A DNA stretch of 64,000 bases from Euprymna scolopes (taxonomy: Eukaryota), in the NCBI GenBank assembly GCA_053919585.1, contig CM132788.1. The stretch is one strand, 5' to 3'. Every line of letters starts with the position of its first letter. Position 1 is the first letter of the stretch. Made by a program: the position numbers and the translations under genes. Below, in pieces: positions 54,027 through 64,000 of this stretch. The notes under the pieces were generated by a model that saw nothing but the letters and a program-made list of their open reading frames with translations, did not search any database and was not told the DNA's origin.

Positions 54027-57000
54027 TTAATTAACACGGTTAGTGAGAAATGTCATATTCTAACATAATAACAAAGCACTCGACCGAAGGATGAGCTTCG
54101 GTATAGATATTCAAAAAGGGCGAGAAATACGCTCGTCTTGAGATTAGATCCTTCACTTTTTTGTTACAAACGTTTCCCGAACATAATTCGCTGGCAATGG
54201 ATCGATTTCGGCGATCATGAAAAGTCGTAATAGATAAATACAATAATTAACACCGACATGGAATCCATGAACCAAAACATGTAATTTCGTTTTTATTTTA
54301 TATGCTCCCGACAATATATTTTTATAAATATCTTTATGTTATCTGATTTTAAGAATTATCTCATCTATAGGCTGCTTCATTAGTTCCAGCTTGTTTGCCC
54401 TTTGTTTATGGACCCCCATGAATTCGCTGTTTTCAATCCCTTTTTGATACAACTTTTGGTAAAGTAGCCTCTTAAAAATGTTGGTTGGTGTAATGTTTCC
54501 TGTAGCGTTGTTATCCTAACATAGCCTTATTGTTTTCCAAATTTAGACTTTTTGCGGTAGTTATCTTTAGTTCTTCTTCATTTCTTACATTAAATTCCTA
54601 AATGGCGTTTTTTTGTGAGATTTCCATAATATTTTCATTGTATGAAGAGACATTATTTATATTCGTTTGACGTATAATTATCTCAATGTATAATAAAATA
54701 GAAACAATACACACCCATCGGATAAGAGAAACTTTATAGCTTTGCAAACGCACACATACACTCAATATATAGTAAATGTTCTTTTCGACAACAAGAGATC
54801 AAATCGGGATACCTGTCTTAAATAGTTCCTGATAGGTTTTAATTGCTTGTTAGCGCACGATTTCTGGGAATTAGAAAATAACGTAATAAGTGATTTCCAA
54901 TCGGATGTAAAACTTTTTTCAATAGCAGCACGTAATGTGGTCTACAAGCAGAATATTAATTAAGTGTAAACCAACGGAACCGAATGTTTCCGAAATACCT
55001 TAATGTCATTTATCATGTGTTTATATTCTTTATTTTCATGTTCTACATTATAAGTAGTAGCAATCCTAAAATACATTTAGTATTTTTACAATCATAGCAA
55101 AAATACATATCTCCGATGCGTTTTGCCGATTTCACTAAGACAAAACTTCCGTATCGTAAACTATCGTAATATTTCTGTTTCTCTCGGAGAGTATACACAC
55201 ACACACCTTTTGGATTCATCGCATTTAATCATCGGAGACACTAAATTCTAAGGCTAATGAGTTTCTAAACACACGCTTTCTCCAGCTTTCCCCGCAGAAG
55301 GAGAGACCGGAAAGTGAACTTGTTTTTTTCTACAGTTATGCTCTAATTCCCTCATCGATAACCTACGAATATTTATCAGTTCTTCGCTTCTGGGCCCTCA
55401 TGGTCACCATGTTGCTGCTATAAGATGCATTGCTGTCTAACCTATTATTAATACTAATAATGATATTTTCCTTTTATAATTTTTACTCAAGAACAGTTAT
55501 AATTTATTAATACAACACAGAAAAATATTCCAATTATTGTAATAAAAATCGAGTTTAAAAACTACTGTATTTCCTGTGCCAAACGTTTAGACTATTAATT
55601 AGACGTTTAAGCTTAATACGACAATATTATTCAAAAACACATTCGACCAAATGATAGATTATTTTATTACATTGTTCATTGTTCTATTTTGTTTGCAATT
55701 CTTGCATTTATAGATAGTTGCATTTTTCTTTACAGTTATTCGAAGGTGCAGGTTCTAAATTATTTATTATCAATTTGTTTGCAATGCTTAAAATTTGTTA
55801 CACCACATGAAGTTGTTGATAAAAATATATACTTTTATTACAATTACTCAAATGTGTCGTTTGATTATTATTGTTTTAATTGTTGTTTTGCACAATTCAG
55901 TATTTCTTACAATTCGCCGAATGGTTTTGCTTATCGTCGCATTTAAAACAAGTTTTTAATAATGATTAAAAACTATTTTAAAATACGTAGTTCAAATCAA
56001 ATAAGTTCATCCTTTATTCATCCAAGTTGTGGTTTTGAATAAAATTATTCACAGAGAAACAATAGTGCAGCCTGTTACAGTTTTTCTTATTTAAGTAACA
56101 AAGGCGCTTCCTTACAATTACAGGAACCCCACATATAATATTCTGTTTCATATTGCGGATAGCGAAAGCTTTTTACAACTTTTTTCTGACTGTGATTCGC
56201 TCGTCATAAGCCGTTAGTCAGTTGTTGTAGAATTACTTAACATTATTTTCTTGATTAATCGCCAACGTAATAACTAAAACTAAAAACGTATCTCATCCTA
56301 GAAAAAGTTGTCTATCATTAATGGATAAAATAGTAATTGTTTTAAGAGTGCTTCACATACTTTTCAGTTTTTCCTTGTATTAGAGAGATTCCCAAGGAAA
56401 TTAAATAGGCTCAGTCTACGATAAATCGATAGTAAAATACGGTTTCTGTTTTTCCAAGAGAACCAAGCCTTTTTCAATAAAATCTGTTCTGACTTTGTGT
56501 CATGTTTCTAGCAAGCAACGCAGGTACGCTTTTCCGTATAATTTATAATTTTAACAGAAATTGCACTGTCAATAAACACGCATTTATACTTGCATTGCAT
56601 TTGCGTTTCTGGTTCGTTTTCAACTCGGCTTTAATCATCATTTTTGGTCTCGCATTTCGTTTATTTCTAGAAACGCATTTGTTATTTGCTTTCCTTTTAC
56701 CGCATATTTTCCGTTTGTATTTTTCTAACATGTTAAATAATTCCTCGGATTGTTTTTATTTCATTTGATGACTAAGAATATCACAATAAAAACGCGGGAA
56801 CTGTCCGTAATGCATAATCATACGTTGGTAGTTCAAGTAAGTGCCTTTATAATTATATTGGGCTCATATAAAAACGTAATACATAAGAATAAAACAAACA
56901 GGAAATGCAAGGATAGGTTTTCGCTTATCTAATGTATGACTGATAGTAGAACAACTTAGATAATAATATGATGTAATACTGAAGTCAAGCCCACAAATTG

Positions 57001-57814
57001 GCGTATATTTACACAATTAAAATCACCCTGACATGCTTACTCTCATGAAAATATAAACTATTATATAACTATTGCATTAAATAAAGCAAATATTTTTTGT
57101 ACGTTAGCGCAATGCAGGTCTTCGTCATAATATAACGTGTTACAATACGGCGTTCCTCGCGTTTTGCATTTTTGTTATTACCTGATATTCCGCACAAAAT
57201 ACCTAGGCAACTTAGCCTGGAACATATATATGCAATTTAGTATTTTTATCTGTTATTATTTTACATTTGAGTAGATATGCTGTATAATTTGGATGATTCG
57301 AATTATTTAATTTTCTCTACAGAATACTTATGCCAAGCTCTAAAAATTGCAGAACCTTTTATGAAATCCGCAACTGTAGATATTCTTGTTCTGTCATTAT
57401 GAGTGGTGGAATATATAATTATCAATTATATTATTTTCGTGTATATCGCCTGTAAGAATATTATATCTTCGTGTTGAGAGAGCTTTCCCATATAGCTAGT
57501 TGTTTTGTTCAATGTATTTCTATGTCTTGAGAAGCTGCAGAAAAAAAAGCATATACTATAGTTGAAAAACATGTATCAGTATACCAAGGTAAATGTAGGT
57601 AAAGAAATATGATCCTTACTGCGGAATCGATTTCTTTCTAATATGATCAGCTGTATAATATATCGTTTTTATTTACACGGTATTATACGAATTTTTATAT
57701 TTTTTCGAGTGAAAACCTTTGAAAACTCCAAAAAAAGTCATATTGTTATTTAGATTATTTTTATCAAACGATCAACAAACACACATCCTTACAAAAGGTA
57801 ATAAGACATGACAA

Positions 57815-57935
57815 TAATTAGTGGTAAATGGCATGGATAGACCAGCTGGGTGTTCCAGGTTCGAATTCCGTTTCTTCCGCAAAATCTCTTCAAATTAGGA
57901 TGTTGACACTCTTCGCGTTATCCATCCTGTATAAA
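57815..57935 (+). mobile_element. tRNA-derived SINE-like repeat
   Basis: TAATTAGTGGTAA (A-box-like) and GGTTCGAATTCC (B box). The tail is colinear with the 22.4 kb copy. Confidence 0.55.
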
Positions 57936-60125
57936 AACGATATCTTTCTTTAAATAATGCTTATTAGACAAATCAGGAGGAAACACTACATATAGGGTCT
58001 TGGGATTCAAACGATGTAATGATGATAGCAATTTATTCATTATTGTTCGTATGTACAGCTGATTTCAATGTTGGTATTGGTTTTGTGATATCTATCTACT
58101 CACAATTCCCTTGCAATTACGAGTGAGAACAACTGATGCCTGACGTAAAAGTGATTCTGCAACATTAGTTGGATTCCAACTTTGCATAGCTAGGTTGTGT
58201 GTCCAAATGGCTAATTACTTTTCCAGTCCTGTTTACGGAACATGAACAAACTATTCAAAGAATTAATTATATTTTTTTTTTCAAATCCTGTAGGGGAAGT
58301 AGAATTCGACATAAAATTTCCGATAATTGAAGAAAAATCACATAAATAAAAATAGTATTTTCATGAAGTTTATTAAGCATCCAGCGAATAACAATCGATA
58401 GAAGAATTGTGGTTTTAATAATTTAAACATTTTTGCCATTTAACGAATGCAGTTATAAAAGTTATTTGGAGTAGAAATGTTTTTTGATGTTTTATGAAAC
58501 GTTTCTTGACAACAAATCAACATGCACTCTCTATTAGCTGAAAATATTTCTTTAAGTATCTGCCTTGATTAGAAATGTTACAGTGGACTAATCCAAACTA
58601 TACACCAGAAAACAGGCACCATCCGTCTTTTGCTTTTGGCAGCCAATGTGTATTAGACACCAACTTTTCACACGTCGCCGATTTGGGATTTATTATATCT
58701 GCATGTGACGACAAGGTTGATTAATGTAGCATTTTGTGTCTGTAATGAAAATGTTGGCACATTATCGAACGATTTGCCCTTAATGATGCAGCAAGCGCGT
58801 GAGAATTGCGCGTAGATCCTCTTCGCCTCTCGACTTTAATTCGTTGCGGATACAGTGTAACAAATGTTCTAATTCTGTAAAGGTGTCAGCTCCATTAAAA
58901 CTGGGTTTACACAACATGTTCTTGAATGCATATACGAACTTCTACGGCTTAAATGTGTGAGGTTTTCAAAAAAATCATTCGTTAATACATTGAAATCGAA
59001 AGGGTGCTAATTTTGAAATGGTCTTTCTTTCTTATCCCTTTCCTAATAAATTGGGCATGGTAGGAGAACGATTAAATAATAGTTTTATATTACTAAAAGG
59101 ACCAATAATTTTAATGTAAGTATATAGACGCATATAAAAGTAATATTCCTTAGAGTATAGGGGCTTTATTTCCCTATCTATGTGTATGCTTGTACTGCGT
59201 AATCACGTTTGAACACTGCTTCTCGCTAGATCACAGAAGTAAAGAAAAATCGAGTCTGGCAAGTAAGAAATTGATGCACTTTGGGAATAACCGGTCCTGT
59301 GTAGAAGGATATCGACACTTGCTGCAAACCTTACACCCTATTATAATTCCAGCTGCGTCTTCTATGTCTTGGATCAGCCAGGGTGAGACAACTATGGATA
59401 AATATTTATATGCGTAAATAAGCTTTATTAAGAACACATTTCCAGAGTGTGTGATCCATTACCAGTATAATTATTAAATGTGTATTCGTCCTGATGTAGG
59501 AATAACACACCTGTTCTGTTCAATGAAGCAATCATAAAAAAAAACGTGATGCACAAATATATCACCGATATTTCAGTAAGAAAGTGTGAGGAATGGATTT
59601 ACTAAAAAGTAGAAACGTGTATAATTGGACAAAACTTGCATCAACTATTCTTACTTTTTTTAAATAAGATTAATCACTTAAGAAGTCTTGTTAAAGAGAA
59701 AAGGGTAGACATCTATATGTGAAGTGCATACAAATTAAACTGATTGTTATCGATCTGTGTATAGGTTAAAGGAGTTCATGGAATACTGATTGCACTAAAG
59801 GAACAGAGAAACACTAACGTAAGAGGGTGTGAAGTAAATAATAATTAGGGTAAATTGTTTTATTTACGATGTTTCCGTGTACACAATTATACTAAATATT
59901 TTTAATACGTGTTTTTATTAGAACGAAGTAACAATGGCAAAACTTTGTAGTTTTTATGATTAAACAATATACTTCTCCGGGAATATTTTTCTAATTTTTC
60001 TGGTCAATGCTTTCCAGTGGAGAACAAAGGACGGCAGATGTTGTTTTTTTCTTATACCTACTATGAAGAAGTGTTCCTACTCAGCTGCGGCACTATTCCT
60101 TAAAGATAATCTCCGGATGAACCTC

Positions 60126-60500
60126 TGCCTAGATCGACACTCATATCCCGAGGGTTTCAGGCAAGAATCAACTCTTCAAATACAGCAAGACACATCTAGC
60201 TATGATGTAACATCTAAACACTACAAGCCCCTACTACATGGCTAGACACAACTAGTCTACATTCCCGGCTAGACGCAAGCATATAACACACGGCTGACAC
60301 AAACATCCCGTTAAACAGGGCTAGATAGACACTCATTTTAAATACGGTTTGACAAAACTAGTCCTCATAAAATCGGCTAGATACAACGAGCTCTCTGAAT
60401 ACATCAAAACTAAACTTGCCGTAAAACCAACGCTTTAAATAACTAGCACTTTAAATTACAGCTCGACACAACTGGCCACACAACGTGACTAGGTCAATAA
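60126..60500 (+). repeat. Degenerate tandem array, ~28-bp period, core CGGCTAGACACAACTAGY
   Basis: Core-like units start at 60183, 60211, 60239, 60266, 60291, 60318, 60345, 60374, 60402, 60430, 60459 and 60486, with weaker ones at 60126 and 60159. Confidence 0.75.
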
Positions 60501-61601
60501 TATTCAATAAGCTAATACGAATTGTAACTCATTCCTATTTTTCAATATGCACGTTATAAAAATACGACTTGAATCATATTTTAATTTCTCAATTTCACGA
60601 AAACGCCACTGATAATAAAGTCCAAATGAATCGTGTTTTATCTGTTCATTTAACGATGGCGACAGTTTACATAAAATCGAACTGAATTGAATTTTAATCT
60701 CGAAATTTAATATATCCAACTATGGCTTCGGTCGAACCAACTTAACATTTATGTTAAATAAGTTGATGACGGACGACTAATTACTAATTTGCCAATTCCG
60801 TTGCTAATCTATCAAAGTTATGTCAATCATTTAACAGAGCTCAGAAACAATCGATTTCATCTAAATTGCCCAAACAATAAATCAAAATCGTAGCGTTTAA
60901 ATGTATTAGAAAATCAAGACCAATAACGTGAAAGCAGTGTTCGCAACCGACATTTATAGATTATAGAGACTGATTCTATATCATTATATCTAATATTATT
61001 TAATCATCAGTAAAGAAAACATGATAATAAAACCGCAACGATACTATTTGATTGTTAATTTAAATAACATAAATATCTATACCATCTTAAATTAATGAGA
61101 AGTTAAAATATTTTCGTAAGGAATATGTGATTCATGTTCTACGATTATAAAAAGACTTACTGAAAAATAACGACAGAATCTTCAGTAAACAATCCAGTCT
61201 GCAAGTTTGTTGAATCTTTCTTCTTCAAAGATATTAACAAATGTCATCATAGGATGTACTGTAACATTTTCTTTGGTGGTTGACATTTTCTTATCTGGAG
61301 TAGTTTTACCATTGTCTTTTTATAGGTCAAAGATAAAAAACTACCAGCAATGTTTCGATAATCTCCCATGAGACACCCCAACACACACACTCATATATAT
61401 ATATGTGTGTGTGGGTGTGTTTGTATGCGTGTGTGTGTGTACGTAAGCTTGTGCGTGCGTGTGTATTTTTATTTATTTTACCCATAAAAATATATAGCAA
61501 CTATGCATAAATAACTATTCAGTCTCTCTATTATTCTCTTTCCCTCGGTACCTTCTCTTTTTTGTCTGTATGTCTCTCTCTCAGTCTGTCTCTCTCTCTT
61601 T

Positions 61602-61644
<43 letters not shown>

Positions 61645-62489
61645 CATATATATATATGCATACCTACATATAATATGTGTGTACAAATATGTGGGTGTTC
61701 GTAGACAACGTGTTCATTGTTTTAATCTGTCTCGCTACAGTTTAAACACTTTAACAATCTTTTAATCTGTCTGATTTCTTGGCTTGAAAAACAAGGTACT
61801 ATGTCCAATTGATCTTACATTATCGAATATTTTACACACACACACACATATATATTTATATATATGTATATATATATATAATGAGAGCGGAAGTGAAAGA
61901 GATTACTGCGTTCTAAATACATTAGCACTATATCACTCCTGAGGTTAAGATTGATGGATATTGATAAAGAAATATTTTCTTTCGTTTTAATTTCCTTGCG
62001 CATTTCTGTATGTTATATCGCTAGTAATATAAATATGTGCGCACCCTTTACTACTGGGAACATTCTTTTTTTGATTTACAAAACAAATAATATTTCATTT
62101 ACTAAAATCGGTCATCCGTTTTTTTTTTTTTTGTTTCTTTTTGTGTTCAGTATAGAGATTTTCATTGTGTTAAATGAAAGAATAAAATAAAGAAGTCAAC
62201 ATAAAAATAGTTGAGCCAATGTCCGGCAGAGGAAAGAGTAATGAATGCTTCTAACACACATCATCGGGCGACTGGCGCCAACAGCTGCGAAAAACCAAAG
62301 CCAACCGGATGTTACGATAGAGACATTAATGGCGTCCTTTATACTCCTTTTATTTTGACTAAATCGAAGTTTTCTTTTATTCCTACCATTGAAACACGAG
62401 GTGTAATCTGTCCATTTTCGACAAGTGTATCGATTTCCCTCACAGACAGACAGACATACAGACACAGACACAGACACACACATACACAA

Positions 62490-62536
<47 letters not shown>

Positions 62537-63000
62537 TGGGTGTTTCTGTGTGTTTCTGTGTGTGTATCTGAAGACAAATAGTATTGTCTTTCAAATAGTA
62601 AAACACACATAAACATATTTGCTACTGCTCACATGTAGACTACAATCCTATATATACGCTATGTATCGTTATTTATTTGCTTTTTCATAAAATTCAGTGT
62701 AAAGCCGTACACAAAACATAAGCACAGGATTTTNNNNNNNNNNNNNNNNNNNNNNNNNNNNNNNNNNNNNNNNNNNNNNNNNNNNNNNNNNNNNNNNNNN
62801 NNNNNNNNNNNNNNNNNNNNNNNNNNNNNNNNNNNNNNNNNNNNNNNNNNNNNNNNNNNNNNNAATATATTGTATCGTTAGATCTGTCATTGTCTGACAT
62901 CACGCGGTTATAACCCGACTCATTTATGTTATATGTATATTTCTGAACACGGAAGAAGCTTCATTATTTATTTCTATTCACTGCATATTTTATTAGTTCA

Positions 63001-63535
63001 AATTAAATTTTGAAAAGGAAACACTAAAAAAGTTGATGATCCTTAATCAGCGGAGTTTTGAAGAAAGACTTTCCTTCTCATCAGACGGTAGGATTTAGCA
63101 GAATTCTGGATCGGATTTTGCTTGCAAAACTGTTCGATGAAACTACAAGTCATAGATCTTACTTGATAACAAAAAGTGAAGCAGAGGGAATAGAGTGAAT
63201 AAAAACGTGATGTCACGTGAATAGACAGTCTGGTTATGGGTAGAATATCCAATGGCGGTGAAATCAAAGGATGCACGATCCAAGAAAGTAAGTAAAATTT
63301 CCATTCGCACAATAAAATCCAAGGAAATAGCGTAATTAGAAGATTTCGTCAGGTTCACTTTTTGTTATTAAGTAAGATCTTTGATTTACTTGTAGTTTCA
63401 TCAAATAATTTTGCAAGTAAAATCTGATCCCGCATTTTGCTAATTCCTACCCTCTGATGAGAAGGAAAGTAATTATTCGAAACTCCGCGGATTAAGGCCT
63501 ATCCACTTATTTAGTGTTTCTTTTGAAAATTAAAA
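63001..63535. repeat. ~180-bp inverted repeat pair with 173-bp spacer, each arm carrying a hammerhead-like motif
   Basis: 63001-63180 is the imperfect reverse complement of 63354-63535. Confidence 0.88.
63451..63497 (+). ncRNA. Type I hammerhead-like motif (second family), predicted cleavage after UUA at 63494
   Basis: CCU-CUGAUGA-GAAGGAAAGUAAUUAUUC-GAAA-CUCCGCGGAU-UA-AGG. Palindromic UCCGCGGA stem III; C-U mismatch next to the core. Confidence 0.6.
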
Positions 63536-63667
63536 AAATGTTTTTAACTCTTTTAAAAATGGTTTTAACTCTTTTTCAAAGTCTTTTAAACAGATTTTAT
63601 TAACTACTTATTATATATATATATATATATCTATATATATATGTATGTGTGTGTGTGTGTGTGTATA

Positions 63668-64000
63668 CAGTCCTGGTGTAAATAATAATAGCACTTAAGG
63701 AAGTAAGCGTTTACGCATAATATCGAATTTTTAATCAAACAAATGGATGGTTGAAACCATTGCCAAAAGGGAAAAATATGATGAAAAAACCGAGACCTGC
63801 TTCATTCGAAACCTTAACCCTCATCTAATAATTATTTTTTTTAAAAACAAGCATTTTCACTTGGTTAAAATAATACGCCCACTTAAATAAAATCGGCTTG
63901 TTTTGAAAAAATTAATACGGAAAGCTTTCTATGTTACTAAAAGCAACGTTTTAGTGGATGAAAAAATATCTTACTAAATTATAAATGGCAAAAAGGGAAA
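63668..64000 (+). mobile_element. Left end of a Tc1-like transposon (tentative)
   Basis: TA|CAGTCCTGGTGTAAATAATAATAGCAC resembles Tc1 TIR starts. Possible transposase ATG at 63985; the window ends before confirmation. Confidence 0.4.

Larger units (their letters stand above)
14163..62863. other. Eleven assembly gaps (N runs) starting near 14163, 15103, 16707, 20131, 20524, 28551, 33314, 35530, 47168, 48252 and 62734
   Basis: Runs of n. All X-rich ORFs in the track are artefacts of these gaps. Confidence 0.99.

Noticed and set aside
54370-54650. Possible RT N-terminal remnant (EEELK..ENNKA..G) on the minus strand; similar trace at 9.1-9.4 kb
   Set aside because: Only a few residues match. 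Not supportable without a database search.
60126-60500. CRISPR array
   Set aside because: Animal genome context, ~10-nt linkers, degenerate repeats and no cas genes.
62219-62254. ATGTCCGGCAGAGGAAAG encodes MSGRGK, the histone H4/H2A N-terminus
   Set aside because: It diverges immediately (SNECF*) and has no histone fold or 3' stem-loop. Likely chance.
7331-62903. Numerous short ORFs rich in YI/CV/TH dipeptides or X
   Set aside because: They are translations of microsatellites and N gaps, not genes.

Overview
AT-rich animal (invertebrate, probably arthropod) genomic DNA with many (TA)n/(CA)n/(GA)n microsatellites and 11 assembly gaps. The only host gene I can support is five + strand coding exons (33.5-49.3 kb). 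They splice in frame into a cell-adhesion protein with three Ig domains and the start of an FN3 domain (Klingon/Wrapper/Lachesin-like). Its 5' and 3' exons are not visible. The rest is mostly transposon material: a near-intact CR1/L2-group LINE at 1-2344 plus four decayed relatives (one nested in another), a decayed Gypsy LTR element in an intron, Tc1/mariner remnants, Helitron-like and tRNA-SINE-like short repeats, and a 5'-truncated Penelope-like element (RT thumb plus GIY-YIG). The most notable non-coding signal is a set of type I hammerhead ribozyme motifs from at least three to four unrelated sequence families. Several occur as divergent fold-back pairs (2.4, 13.8, 14.4 and 63 kb), and one family traces directly to the 3' repeat of the Penelope element. 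There is also an unexplained ~28-bp periodic core-plus-linker array at 60.1-60.5 kb. All alignments and folds were done by eye; boundaries of decayed elements are approximate.
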